NCBI GenBank assembly: GCA_963664015.2
Contig: CAXXLF010000001.1
Coordinates: forward strand, 544,001-608,000
From: Candidatus Binatia bacterium
GTDB taxonomy: Bacteria; Desulfobacterota; Binatia; UBA9968; CAXXLF01
DNA: 64,000 nt
Direction: 5' to 3'
The position numbers were made by a program, and so were the translations under genes. The notes under the pieces were generated by a model that had not been told where the DNA came from, searched no databases, and saw only the letters and a list, made by a program, of their open reading frames with translations. Positions 52,519-63,208 of this stretch are shown here, one piece after another (position 1 is the stretch's first letter; each line of letters opens with the position of its first letter).

Positions 52519-53007
52519 ATGGGCAAGATCAAGGCCATCACCCGAAGCCGCATTACCTACCGGGTCATTTACGGTGACACCGATCAAATGGGCGTCACCT
52601 ATTACGCCAATTACTTGAAGTGGTTCGAGATGGGCCGGAACGACTTCATGCGGAAGATCGGCACACCATACACTTCGGTTGAAAAGACTGGGCTCTACTT
52701 TCCCGTCGTCGAGGTCTCCTGCCGCTACCACAGCCCGGCCCATTACGACGATGTGATCGTCATCGAGACCTCCCTCACGGAGCTGGGTCCGGTGACCCTC
52801 ACCTTTTCCTACGAGCTGTCCGGACAGAGGGACAAGCAACTACTCTCCACCGGTTGGACCAAGCACGCCTGCCTGGACCATGAAGGCCAGATCACCAAGA
52901 TGCTGCCGAACATGCAAGCGTCACTGAAGGCGGGACTCTCCTCCATTCCCTCCCACCGCCAAGCACGGACAAGACCGAGAAAAAAGAGGTCAAGCAAACC
53001 GGCTTAA
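52519..53007 (+). CDS. Acyl-CoA thioesterase, YbgC/FadM family
   Basis: RVIYGDTDQMGVTYYANYLKWFE. Confidence 0.9.
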   Translation: MGKIKAITRSRITYRVIYGDTDQMGVTYYANYLKWFEMGRNDFMRKIGTPYTSVEKTGLYFPVVEVSCRYHSPAHYDDVIVIETSLTELGPVTLTFSYELSGQRDKQLLSTGWTKHACLDHEGQITKMLPNMQASLKAGLSSIPSHRQARTRPRKKRSSKPA

Positions 53008-54165
53008 CGCGTCCTGGATTTCCTCTCTCACCTCTTCTACAGTCTCAATTCCTAATCGTTCTTCAAGCACAGAACGCGTATCATCACTTGCTATTTCCCC
53101 CAACGCCCAGGCCGCATGCTGCCGGACCAGGGGCTCATGATCACCCAGTGCCTTGGATAAGGCAGGAATACTCTCTTTATTTTTCAGATTCCCCAATGCA
53201 ACGGCCACATTACGCAAGAAACCGCGCCGCTTAGCACGAAGTACGGGCGAGCCGCGGAAGCGGTATTTAAATTCCTCATCGCTCAGAGACAGCAAGGGAA
53301 TAAGCTCAGGCGTGAGCAACCCGTCCCGTGGCATGTAAACACTTTCGTCAGTCGGCTTCGCCTTAACATTATAAGGACAGACCTCCTGGCAGATATCGCA
53401 GCCAAAAACGTGGTTTCCCATAAGGGGCCGGAGGTGTTTGGGGATGGCGGTCTTTAATTCGATAGTGAGATAAGAGATGCAGCGCCGCGCGTCCAGGACA
53501 TACGGCCCCACAAAGGCCCCCGTGGGACAGGCCTTGAGACAGAGATCACAGCTCCCGCACCGATCCTTTATAGGATGGTCATACGCTAATTCTATGTTGA
53601 GGAACAGCTCGCCAAGAAAGAACCACGACCCCTTCTGCGGCGAGATCAGCATCGTGTTCTTCCCTATCCACCCGATCCCCGAGGCCGCGGCCAACTCACG
53701 CTCCAACACCGGTCCTGAGTCAGTGAACACCTTGCCTTCTACAGGCTCAGGACTGCCTTCGACAAGCGTAGGATAGGCCACCTTTATATTGGCAAGCAGC
53801 TTATTGAGTCTTGCCTTGATAATTTCGTGATAATCATCGCCCCACGCATAACGCGAGATCCATCCTTGTACGCCTTTAACGCCTACCTCTTCCGTCCTTT
53901 TATAGGACGTCTGATAGTTCATCCCCACGGAGATCACGGACTTGGCTCCCGGCACCAGCTTGCCCGGGTCCCGCCTCACCTCCTCCGTCCTCGGCATATA
54001 GGCCATCTCCCCCGCAAACCCCTTCCTCAACCATTCGGCAAACGACTCCTCATGCCTCGGCGCCTGCACCGGCGACACCCCCACCAGATCAAACCCCAGC
54101 CCCTGCGCGGCCCCCTTTATATAGGAAGTTAATTCTGTAACGTCTTTATCTTTCTCAGTCGCCAT
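52990..54165 (-). CDS. queG: tRNA epoxyqueuosine reductase
   Basis: SRYAWGDDYH, DSGPVLER, GWIGKN, two Fe-S Cys motifs, C-terminal HEAT repeat. Confidence 0.96.
   Translation of the reverse strand: MATEKDKDVTELTSYIKGAAQGLGFDLVGVSPVQAPRHEESFAEWLRKGFAGEMAYMPRTEEVRRDPGKLVPGAKSVISVGMNYQTSYKRTEEVGVKGVQGWISRYAWGDDYHEIIKARLNKLLANIKVAYPTLVEGSPEPVEGKVFTDSGPVLERELAAASGIGWIGKNTMLISPQKGSWFFLGELFLNIELAYDHPIKDRCGSCDLCLKACPTGAFVGPYVLDARRCISYLTIELKTAIPKHLRPLMGNHVFGCDICQEVCPYNVKAKPTDESVYMPRDGLLTPELIPLLSLSDEEFKYRFRGSPVLRAKRRGFLRNVAVALGNLKNKESIPALSKALGDHEPLVRQHAAWALGEIASDDTRSVLEERLGIETVEEVREEIQDALSRFA
53734..53775. repeat. Tandem 21-nt REP-like repeat inside queG
   Basis: GCCTTCTACAGGCTCAGGACT / GCCTTCGACAAGCGTAGGATA; encodes YPTLVEG-SPEPVEG. 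Confidence 0.6.
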
Positions 54166-54431
54166 AACCAAGGTCTATTCTATCGCCTTTTTCGCCAAAT
54201 AGAACCAGAGGACGCCCTCCTATGCACTTCTACCTATTGATTTAATGACAGACGCATACGAAAGGTCAAGAAAAGACAGACAAGACGAGGATTGAGATAC
54301 ATACGACTATATCGTGAGGGTGCCAATGAGTCTCATTTCTGAGAAATACGACCTAAACATGCGCTGACAAAAAGCCCTCGTTTTCAAAATAACTGATGTT
54401 GCAACAAGCCCGATAGCCATATCCGTTTTTC

Positions 54432-56050
54432 TTAGTTCATTGTCTCCCAGACATCTTTTTTACAATTTTCCAACTCACATTGTATAAAACATGCAGCTTT
54501 GATAGCAGACTTAACCGCCCCCTTCATAAGACTGCTGTCGTGCCGGTCGCTAAAATAACTCCCTCCAAAATAGAGACCGCCCACAGGCCCCAACTTAAAT
54601 TCGATCCCTTCACTGTATTTCACCGCAGGTTGGGCGCCTGAATACGCCTTGCCCCGATAGGACATTTCGATCGGGCAATCGTTATTTCCGTTTCTGATTC
54701 TACATTCTGATCTTACTCGTTGATAGCTTTTCTGAGCACCCGACCAGAGGGACTCGAAACGGTCAAGTACTCCATTTGCAAAGGCTTCCCGTTGACTCGG
54801 CTTATCCGATGCCAATTCACGAGCCTGTCGACCGGTAACATAGACAACTTGAGTTGCGATTGTCGGTATTCCTTTCCGCCCGCTGCTAGCACTCCAAGTG
54901 GTATAACCCTCATGGTGATAAGTACTTCCGAAATGCCGATTGTCCCTCCAGGCGGGTCTATAAAAACAGAGAAAGACTTTGGGCGCGGATGTAAACTGAG
55001 CGCTCTTAACGAGTTCCTTTTAGCTGAGCCAAAGGAAACTTTGGCATGTTATCGAATTCTATTTCGCCAATAACATGAACGGGAAGTGTAAGAATAACAT
55101 AATCGATTTTTTAAACTTTAACCCCTTGGGGAGCACTAAACCTCAGCTGGTACTTGCCCCCTCCACTAATACCTTAGAACCGACGATTCGTATTGATTAT
55201 ATTTGGATCAAGTTGTTTGGTTAATCTGCTTACCAGCTGAATTGGCCCACCTTTAAGCCGGGACTTCCCGTCATGAGACGCAAACGTTTTAATCCAATGG
55301 TATCCATCCTTACGGATTGATTTAAACAATATATCAATGGACTCTAAGAGCTTGAGTGAGATCGATTCCTCAAGTGGTTTTCCCTGAGTAGAGAGAATCT
55401 TGAGTTTAATATATTCATAAAACAATTTACTTGGTGGCTGCTCCCATTCAAAATTCGTTAAGAAACTCTTGATTGACACCTTCTCCAACCGATCAACGAT
55501 CTTTCGGTCAGCTTCATCTCCTTTTTTAGCAAAATGTCAGTAAACTGAATCACGGACCTTATCGAGTTGGAACAACATTTTAATCTCTTTTGCACAAAAT
55601 AGTTTAATCATCTCCTTCTGTAATATAGAGATAATTCGGCCGTTTCTGTTCTTAAAGAAAAGAGTCCCATCATTCCATTTGTCGTTTTCCTCCCAACTAT
55701 AGAGCTCGAGCTTAGCCGAATGGCCTTTATTGAGATCATGAATTAATTGGAGAGTTCCCTTTTGGTTTGAATCAATAAGCTCAGCGCCTACACTCAAGGC
55801 ACCCTCCGAATAGACACTTTTGCCTGTCATGATTCTTCCATTGAGACGATTTGTCTTTTCAAACAACCTAACTTCGAGACAGTTGAGCTTGTTCAAATAG
55901 TATTCAGTTAAAACCCCTGCCAATTCTCCACCAATAACAGTAACTTTCTTGGGTACACATTGTTTCGCGCTCACTCCTTCTATAAGCCATATGAGAGTGA
56001 GACCAATTATTGAAAATGAAAATACGAGTTTTATATTTCTCCGTATGTCA
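54432..56050 (-). pseudogene. Decayed secreted flavin-containing amine oxidase
   Basis: N-terminal fragment KKVTVIGGELAG..LFEKTNRLNGRIMT..GAELIDS; C-terminal fragment GPVGGLYFGG..MKGAVKSA; several stops and shifts; AT-rich. Confidence 0.7.
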
Positions 56051-56326
56051 CACCTTATTTTTCAGCAAGAATTGCTAAACCAGGCGGTTCCAATCGGATT
56101 TTTAACATAGCGTGAATTTATCCCGCAAGGACCACATCCTGGAACCGAGATTGAAAAACCGACTGGAATGTTAGGGAGGAACAATGGAACCCCCTACTTG
56201 CCGTATTTGCCGAGGGGATAAAACTCGGGTACGTCTGACAGAACAACTTTAAATCGAAGACATTACACCTAAATAAATAATCATTGCATTAGGTGGTACC
56301 TGCATGATTCTACGAAAGGAGCTAAA

Positions 56327-57154
56327 ATGAATGCGCCCCGGCCACAGGAACCCCGCCGCCTGCGCCCGAAGCCGCGCCAGACTGAAGTCGTCCTGGTAGA
56401 GCGCCTTACCCCACATATGATCCGTGTAGTCCTCGCCGGAGAGGAATTGGAGGGCATTGTGACGCGCGGCCCAGCGGAGCACTTGAAGATATTTCTCCCA
56501 TCTACCGGTGAATCAAATTTAGTATTTCCTGAGTGGGGGCCGGACGGTCCGGTCCTCAAGGAGGGTCAGCCGCGACCTTTGAATCGCACCTACACTCCGC
56601 GACGATGGGATGGAGACGCGCGGGAACTAACGGTAGATTTTCTGCTCCACGGTGAAGGGCCCGGGTCCACCTGGGCAGAGCAGGCCGAGCCGGGCCAGGT
56701 CATAGCTGTGTCGGGGAAACTAGGGGGAGCCTACACTGTGGATACCGAGGCCAACTGGTACCTCATAGGCGCCGACGATTCGGCACTGCCTGCAGTGGGA
56801 ACTCTTCTCGAGGCGCTACCGAAAACCTGCTTTGCCCATGTATTCATCGAAGTAGGTGACGCGGGCGAGGAGCTGAAGTTGGAGTCCCCTGCCCAATTTC
56901 AAGTTACGTGGTTGCACCACGGCTGGGCAGTCGAACAGGTAGGACGGAAACTGGAAAAGTCCGTACGAAAATTCACGTTGCCGGAGGGTAACGGCAGGGC
57001 CTGGATCGGCTGCGAAGCAGCCGTTATGCGGAATATCCGTCGCCACTTATTGAACGACCGGGGCATGGATCGAAACCATGCCCACACTCAAGGCTACTGG
57101 AAGTACGGCGCCGTGAACCACCCCGATAACGACCGGGGGCAAGAAGTGGAATAA
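56327..57154 (+). CDS. Siderophore-interacting protein (ViuB/YqjH family)
   Basis: LTPHMIRV, RTYTPR, DFLLHGEGPGSTWA, DDSALPA, GYW. Confidence 0.93.
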   Translation: MNAPRPQEPRRLRPKPRQTEVVLVERLTPHMIRVVLAGEELEGIVTRGPAEHLKIFLPSTGESNLVFPEWGPDGPVLKEGQPRPLNRTYTPRRWDGDARELTVDFLLHGEGPGSTWAEQAEPGQVIAVSGKLGGAYTVDTEANWYLIGADDSALPAVGTLLEALPKTCFAHVFIEVGDAGEELKLESPAQFQVTWLHHGWAVEQVGRKLEKSVRKFTLPEGNGRAWIGCEAAVMRNIRRHLLNDRGMDRNHAHTQGYWKYGAVNHPDNDRGQEVE

Positions 57155-57324
57155 AACGGCAGAGGCACCTGTAAAAAGACCCCACACAAGTAGAGATCTC
57201 CTTACAGGAAATCGGGTGAGGCTTACCATTTTGCTATTTTCGATTTCTGCCCTCACCGGCTCGCCAGTGTCACGTTTTGAATCCTTACTAGACAAACGGT
57301 AAGAGGATTAGAAGGAGATTATAG

Positions 57325-57639
57325 ATTATACATATTGCGTTACATTTTATCCTTCCAGCAATTGTAGTGGGGTTGTTCTTTCGGCGGGATTGGAAATTAG
57401 TTTATTGGGTCATGGTATCTACGATGCTGGTGGACATCGACCATCTTATGGCCAGTCCGGTGTATGATCCGGGTCGCTGTAGTATCGGTTTCCATCCTTT
57501 ACATGGGGTTTTACCTATAGTGCTATATGTGACAGCTTGTTTTGTCCCAAAGTTACATTATGTTGGCATTGGGTTAGTAATTCACATGGCCTTGGATTCA
57601 TTTGATTGTAATTTAACTAACGGCGTCTGGTTTGTTTAG
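57325..57639 (+). CDS. DUF6122-like membrane protein; start codon damaged or non-canonical
   Basis: HIALHF...TMLVDIDHL...DPGRCSIGFHPLH; AGGAG RBS followed by ATAGATT rather than ATG. Confidence 0.65.
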   Translation: MIHIALHFILPAIVVGLFFRRDWKLVYWVMVSTMLVDIDHLMASPVYDPGRCSIGFHPLHGVLPIVLYVTACFVPKLHYVGIGLVIHMALDSFDCNLTNGVWFV

Positions 57640-57925
57640 CCAGTTTTGTAAAATTAGGATATTGCTTAACCCGTGCTTTCGGGGTCAGGTCTAGGATCAA
57701 AGTTTTGCAACGGTGAAACACTGTCGAAAAACGCCCCGCCTACCCATTCACCCCCACCCCCAATAGGCTGACCCTATACCCAGGGAATATCGGTCAGGGT
57801 TTCTTGTTAATCAAGCAAAAAGACCTTACAATGCGGCCCATAAGCGTTGCTGGTTGGGGAGAAAACCTGACCAGTTTTTTAATTACTCACAATCGGCACT
57901 TGGGTTAGCGGAAAGGTGGTTTACA

Positions 57926-58474
57926 ATGGTAACGACTGAAGCCTTACAGGACGCGTTTACAAGGGTACACGATTCCCTGCACCACACCTTGCCAGATCTG
58001 ACAGCGGAAGAACTCATCCGGGAGCCCCACCCACCGATCGGTTGGCTTGCATGGCGCCTTACTCGAGTCATGGACAGCAATGTGGCACGGCTCTCCGGCG
58101 GGGAGCAGCTATGGATCGGAGATGGCTGGGCGGATCGTTTTGGTATGCCGCCGGAACCCACGGACTTTGGGCGGTCGCTCACCCACACCCGTGAGCAAGT
58201 GAGCGTTTTTCGGGCCTCGGCAAAACTGCTACTGGAGTACCACGATGCAACGTATGAGCGAATGATCACTTACTTCAAAACGCTAAACGCTGACGACCTG
58301 GCCCGCCAGCTCGACGAGCCCCACTACCAACCACTCCCGACCGTATCCGTACGGCTCGTCAGCGTGTTAGAGAACGCGATGACCAACCAGGGGCAGATTG
58401 CTTACCTGAAGGCCTACCACCGCCTCGGCGGCTGGTTCCCCGACGAGGCCAAGAACATCGCCGACTTCCGCTAG
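57926..58474 (+). CDS. DinB/DUF664-like family protein
   Basis: PIGWLAWRLTR..D, QLWIGDGWADRFG, VRLVSV, GQIAYL. Confidence 0.8.
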   Translation: MVTTEALQDAFTRVHDSLHHTLPDLTAEELIREPHPPIGWLAWRLTRVMDSNVARLSGGEQLWIGDGWADRFGMPPEPTDFGRSLTHTREQVSVFRASAKLLLEYHDATYERMITYFKTLNADDLARQLDEPHYQPLPTVSVRLVSVLENAMTNQGQIAYLKAYHRLGGWFPDEAKNIADFR

Positions 58475-58619
58475 AAATTGGGACCGCCAGAACGCAACTC
58501 AAGAGCTAAGGATTTGCGTCCTCTAGGTTGTTGGAGAGAAAGACAGCGGCTCGATGTGGATCGCCGCTTCTCCCCTTTCACAAAGCTCAAGGCGTAATAC
58601 TAAGCTTGCATTACCGCGA

Positions 58620-59295
58620 TCAGTCAGCTGCAAAACAATAGAGCAGTCCTGCGCCGCCCGAACGCTTCAGATTCGCAGCACTACAGCCGCGCGAGGTATG
58701 CGCCGAGTTCCATGATTTCGAGGGAGCATCGTCGCGAAGGCCCATGCGGTCGTGATGGCCAACCTTGGCGCGACCCTCTCCGTTCTTTGTCCAGTTGCCA
58801 CAAGGCATGTCCTCGCCCAATGGATAGGCGCGGCCGTCTGCAGTCGAGCCCGTCAGTATGTCATGCTGGTTGACGACGAATCGACGTCCGGGAATACGCC
58901 GGCCGTTCTCGGAGCGGCCGATCTCGACATTGATCTTGCTTTTGTCGGAATGCAGCTCGTTTACATTAGCAGCAACCTGCACACCCTCTGTGTTCACCCA
59001 AGGCCCCTTACCAATGCGATCGCGCGCATTGATTGCCGGTTTTCCACCCGCCGCTTGGGTGCTGAGATAGGCGCGCCACGTCTTGTTGCCTGCGCCCGCC
59101 TTTGTGGCCAGTGCCTTGAAATATTTGTCAGCCCCTTCAATACCGCCGGAATTGGCGCCATCAGGACCACTCTTGCTTGTGATAAAAAACGTCATGTTCG
59201 GGAATTGGGGTGGTTTCCCCTGCGCCTGCGCTGCTCCAAAGGACCGGTGTGACTATTGTGGCTAACAGAAATAAGTGGATTTTCTTGGAGATTAT
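58620..59295 (-). pseudogene. Secreted lectin-like protein separated from its signal peptide by a frameshift
   Basis: MTFFITS..GGIEGAD..TWRAYLST..HDILTGS..CGNWT..GLLYCFA; signal-peptide-like KKIHLFLLATIV in another frame, with ATA after the RBS. Confidence 0.65.
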
Positions 59296-59592
59296 TTGTC
59301 CCCTTTTGATTGAATTCCGACCATCGGACGGACCGGCGAGCACTCCGAGGGCTCGGATAGTGATAAGTAAACACTTAGGAGGGAGATTCTATTCCACCTC
59401 GAGATGCGATTAAACGATATTTTAATTGTATTCTGAGTCAATTAAATGTGCTTCTGAGATAAAATTGGCGGTCCGATATGGACCGCTGTAGGGAATGAGC
59501 CTGAGCCAGAATCCAGGATGGAAAGGGATCTTATTTTGAAATGAAGGGTCTCTTCCCGGGCTCTCCTTGGTAAATCGGGATTTGGCCTGATT

Positions 59593-60801
59593 CTACCGCC
59601 AACGGACTGGATTGTAGCCGCCGAGGAAGTAGCGGCGAAAGGCTTGGGTGATGATCTGGCGTCCCCAGTTGAAGCGGCCGTATTGGCGGAGAAATTTGAG
59701 GATCTCCAACGTCATCCTCGCCTGGTCGCGGAACTTTAGCTCCCCCAGCGCCAAACGGAAGTCCGCCTCGTGCGGCCGGGCGAAGGCGATTTTGAATGGG
59801 TTCCACTGGTCGGAGCAGCGCTGGACCTCGGAGACGATCATCTTGCGGTACACCTGTTGAACGGGACGGTTCCGCAGCATTGACTCCACCACCGCCTCGC
59901 CCGCGATCGCACCTGAGTGCAGCGAACAACTCATGCCCTCAGCCATCATGTTGAGGAACCCTGCGGCCTGACCGGCGACAAGCACATTGCCTTTCCCAAA
60001 CACGTAACGGTTAATAAGCGACAGTCCGAAATTCTCGACACATCCTTCGCGATCTTCGGGAGGACCGAGCCGGACTCCGTGCTTATCCTCTAGGTAGCGT
60101 TGAAGTCGGCCGTGAACGTCGTCGAAGTTCTGGCCCGGGACCCATCCCACACCGAGAATCTGACGGTTATCCCGCGCGTGGCTCCAGGTATAGTATCCGA
60201 GTTCGGGATGGAACCAGAAGTGGAAGTACTCATCGTCCAGCGGGCAATCGGAAATCTCGTGGAACTTCTGTCCGACCATGAACCACGGGATATGCTGGGG
60301 ATAATCGTGATAGACCTTCCGGATCACCCCTGAATTCGGCCCGTCGGTCCCGATGACGTAGCGAGCACGGTACTCGACGGGCTTCCCGTACTTGCGGGCT
60401 TCGACCTGGACGTGATCGCCTTCGTCCTTGAGCGAAATGAAACTTGTCTCATCATGCACTTCCACGCCGCTACGCTCGATCGCCCAGTGGTCGGAGTACT
60501 TGCGATGAAGATGGGGCGTCGGCCCGCCGTCAAAGTCCATCGAGAGCGACAGCATGCTCGGGAAGTGGAAGGTCACACCGCGACAGGAAGTGGGCTCATG
60601 GAGGATCTTCCTGGGCAGGGGCCCGAAATTCTCCAGCAAAAACCGGTGACCGCGGGGCGACAAGATTCCGCTGCAGATCTTGTGGCGGGGTAGCTTCTTC
60701 TTTTCGAGAACAACGGTCTCGTATCCCGCATCCACCAACCGCTTGGCGCATGCCGCGCCGGAGAGACTGGCACCGACCATGAGCACGTCGATTGTCCTCA
60801 C
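59593..60801 (-). CDS. FAD-dependent oxidoreductase, geranylgeranyl reductase family
   Basis: VGASLSG, LPRHKICSG, GTDGPNS, AGQAAG..AEGM..SG. Confidence 0.82.
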   Translation of the reverse strand: MRTIDVLMVGASLSGAACAKRLVDAGYETVVLEKKKLPRHKICSGILSPRGHRFLLENFGPLPRKILHEPTSCRGVTFHFPSMLSLSMDFDGGPTPHLHRKYSDHWAIERSGVEVHDETSFISLKDEGDHVQVEARKYGKPVEYRARYVIGTDGPNSGVIRKVYHDYPQHIPWFMVGQKFHEISDCPLDDEYFHFWFHPELGYYTWSHARDNRQILGVGWVPGQNFDDVHGRLQRYLEDKHGVRLGPPEDREGCVENFGLSLINRYVFGKGNVLVAGQAAGFLNMMAEGMSCSLHSGAIAGEAVVESMLRNRPVQQVYRKMIVSEVQRCSDQWNPFKIAFARPHEADFRLALGELKFRDQARMTLEILKFLRQYGRFNWGRQIITQAFRRYFLGGYNPVRWR

Positions 60802-61670
60802 GGCGTCACCTCCGCGAGGTGCACGACCGGGATTTCGGCTAGCTCCTCGAACGGCTCAATGTCGTCCACGCATTCCACGACGATCCGTTCCACGGTGCGG
60901 CCTTCCAAGATCCACCGCGCCTGTTCGACCGTGTTGAGGCAGTCCATCCCTGTTCGACTCTGCAAGCTCGCCGCTCCCGTTGCGATCGCAGCACGTTGTA
61001 AGTCCAGGTTCATCTCGCAGCCCAGCCGCTTTCGAAGCTCATCGTAGAACTGCACGAGTCTCCGAAAATCGGAATGGTAGCCGCGGGTTTCGATAACGTA
61101 AAGGTCAGTGGGTCGCAGGGCTGAGCGCGTGCGGAGGAGGGCTTCTCCCAACCCGACCACCTTGTACCCCAACGATCTCAGCGGTCGGTGTAGAATGCCG
61201 TCGACCACGATCAGTTCCGTCCCCACCAGAGAATCAAGGAACTGCTTCTGACGTTCCGGAGAAACCGGCCGCCCGGCCTCGATCGCGGCCGCGATATCAG
61301 AGGCATCGACGGGCGAAACACCGAGTCGCTGCAGCACAACCTCGTAGAGCCTGTGTCTGCGAAGCGAGTCCCCGGGAAGAAAAGAGCCCCATTGTCCATT
61401 GACAGGGTCCAGTTCCGGAAGATCCAGCGGATTCGACTTTCGAAGGTCGAGCGTCATTCCAACCGTGTCGATCTCCTCCGGGCACACTGGCTCGCAGGCG
61501 CCACACGTCACGCAAGCATTCAAGGAATCCTGCAGATCCTCGGCCGAGGCGCCGCCCTGGAGGGCAAGAGCGCGACCCGCGAGGGTGAGGGAAAAATCCC
61601 CCGTCTCCCGCCAGACAGGACAGGGCAGGATGCATATTTTGCACCCGGTACATGCACGGTAGTCGTTCAT
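60798..61670 (-). CDS. 4Fe-4S dicluster protein (GlcF/GlpC-like N-terminus)
   Basis: CTGCKICILPCP and CVTCGACEPVCP; coupled to both neighbours. Confidence 0.82.
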   Translation of the reverse strand: MNDYRACTGCKICILPCPVWRETGDFSLTLAGRALALQGGASAEDLQDSLNACVTCGACEPVCPEEIDTVGMTLDLRKSNPLDLPELDPVNGQWGSFLPGDSLRRHRLYEVVLQRLGVSPVDASDIAAAIEAGRPVSPERQKQFLDSLVGTELIVVDGILHRPLRSLGYKVVGLGEALLRTRSALRPTDLYVIETRGYHSDFRRLVQFYDELRKRLGCEMNLDLQRAAIATGAASLQSRTGMDCLNTVEQARWILEGRTVERIVVECVDDIEPFEELAEIPVVHLAEVTP

Positions 61671-63208
61671 CAGAAGATCACGTCCGCGTTCAGGATCATG
61701 GCCGGATCGGCTTTTTTCTTCATGGCGAAATGCTTGTCCACGAGGGTGTCGCCGAACGCACCGCGGATATAGCCCTTCATCATCCCGCCAAAGCGGTAAT
61801 AGGATGTATTCATCTCCAGGCCGATATCGTAGATCGCATTCTTGAAGGACTGAAGGTGGTCGCGGCTGTATGTGCCGCCCTTGATCATCGGCTCGAACTC
61901 GCATCCCCAAGCGAAGCCCTCGGCGTCGGGCGGGATGCAGGACAGTTCGTACCGGGGCAGGCGGCCGCGCAGCTTGATTCCGACGCAGTAGAGCGTGTAG
62001 TGGGAAAAGTACTTACGGCATAACGCGTTGCCTCGCTCTACCGCTTCCACAAACTTTTCCTCGTTTGTAGAGAGATCGGGGATCACCATCTGCTGACCTC
62101 CCCAGAACTTCCACACCGCGCGAGAAAAAACCACCGTACGGTCCACGATCTTCCCCTTCCGGAGGTGGTATGAGGGTCCGAACTCCGGCATCAGCGCCTT
62201 TTTCCGCCCATAAAGATACAGTGCTTCCTTTATCTTCCATGGGTGGAGGGCATAGTAAACGGCCATCCTTGCCGCGAAACCGAACTCGCCATAACCCCGG
62301 AGACGCGGTTGCCAGCGGGCGAAGAAATCCCGTTCCCGCTCGTCCGAATCAAACGCCACGAGCAAATTCACCGCGCGGTCCAGCATCGTGAGAATGCCGC
62401 AGTAGTCCGCGACTCCCTCTTTCGACAGCATCTGCAAATCCTCTATCGCGGTGCGGAGCGAACTTTAATAGAAATAGTGCATCGAGCAGGGTGTATAAGG
62501 GCGGATCTTCATCGTCGCCTCCGTGATCACACCGAACTGGCCATAGCCCAGCAGCACCTGCTCGAATAGCTCAGGATTCTCCTTTTCCGAGCACTCCTGG
62601 ATCTGTCCGGTGGGGGTCACGACCTGGAGCGCCACCGCCTGATCGGCGCTGCACCCGTATTTGGGGGAATTCACGTCGACGCCCCCGACTCCCAGCGTCC
62701 CGCCGACGGAAGATGTTAAATTTAAGGGGGCGGAAAGATAATCGAGTCCCTTCCGGCGGAGCGCCTCGGCCAGCGCGTGCCAGTATATGCCGGCTTCGGT
62801 GCGAACAGTCAGATTCTTTTCATCGATCGACAGCACCCGGCTCATCCCGTTCATTGCGACGAGCAGGCCGCCGAAAGCGACGGACTCGCCCTCGGTGGTG
62901 AGGCCACCGCCGCGCGTCTTCACGGGGACTCGGTGTTCCTGCGCGGCCCTGAGGATAGCGGCGATTTGCTTCGCGGAGCGCGCGATCACGAGTCCATGGG
63001 GCATGCCCTGCGCCACACCGCCACCGTCGGTGCGATAGAGCGACCGATGGTTGCGGTTCTCCCCAACGTGGATCCCCTGTTTCTTCAGGTCGGCGACAAA
63101 GGCGTTCCAAGTCTTTCCGTTCCAGAGGCCCGAGTTGGTCTGCTGGCGAGGAATTCCCTGGAGGGAATCAGAAGCCACGGGGCAGGCATTGATAGGTTCG
63201 CTCTGCAT
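61670..63208 (-). pseudogene. FAD-binding (VAO/PCMH-type) oxidoreductase split by one in-frame TAA
   Basis: RGGG..GE, SVGGTLGVGG, VVTPTG, LGYGQFGVIT, DPAMILN; stop at 62465-62467 with both halves in frame. Confidence 0.8.

Noticed and set aside
56270-56288. Fur box upstream of the siderophore-interacting protein
   Set aside because: Biologically plausible, but only the ATAATCATT core matches (about 11 of 19) in AT-rich DNA
540-57324. Amber (TAG) recoding or pyrrolysine readthrough, suggested by many in-frame TAGs (540, 13395, 25045, 25855, 29344, 47579, 48394, 49013)
   Set aside because: The same genes also carry TAA/TGA stops and frameshifts, the TAGs fall at positions expected to be different residues, and intact genes (xseB, envC, leuS) end in TAG. 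Ordinary nonsense mutation explains it.
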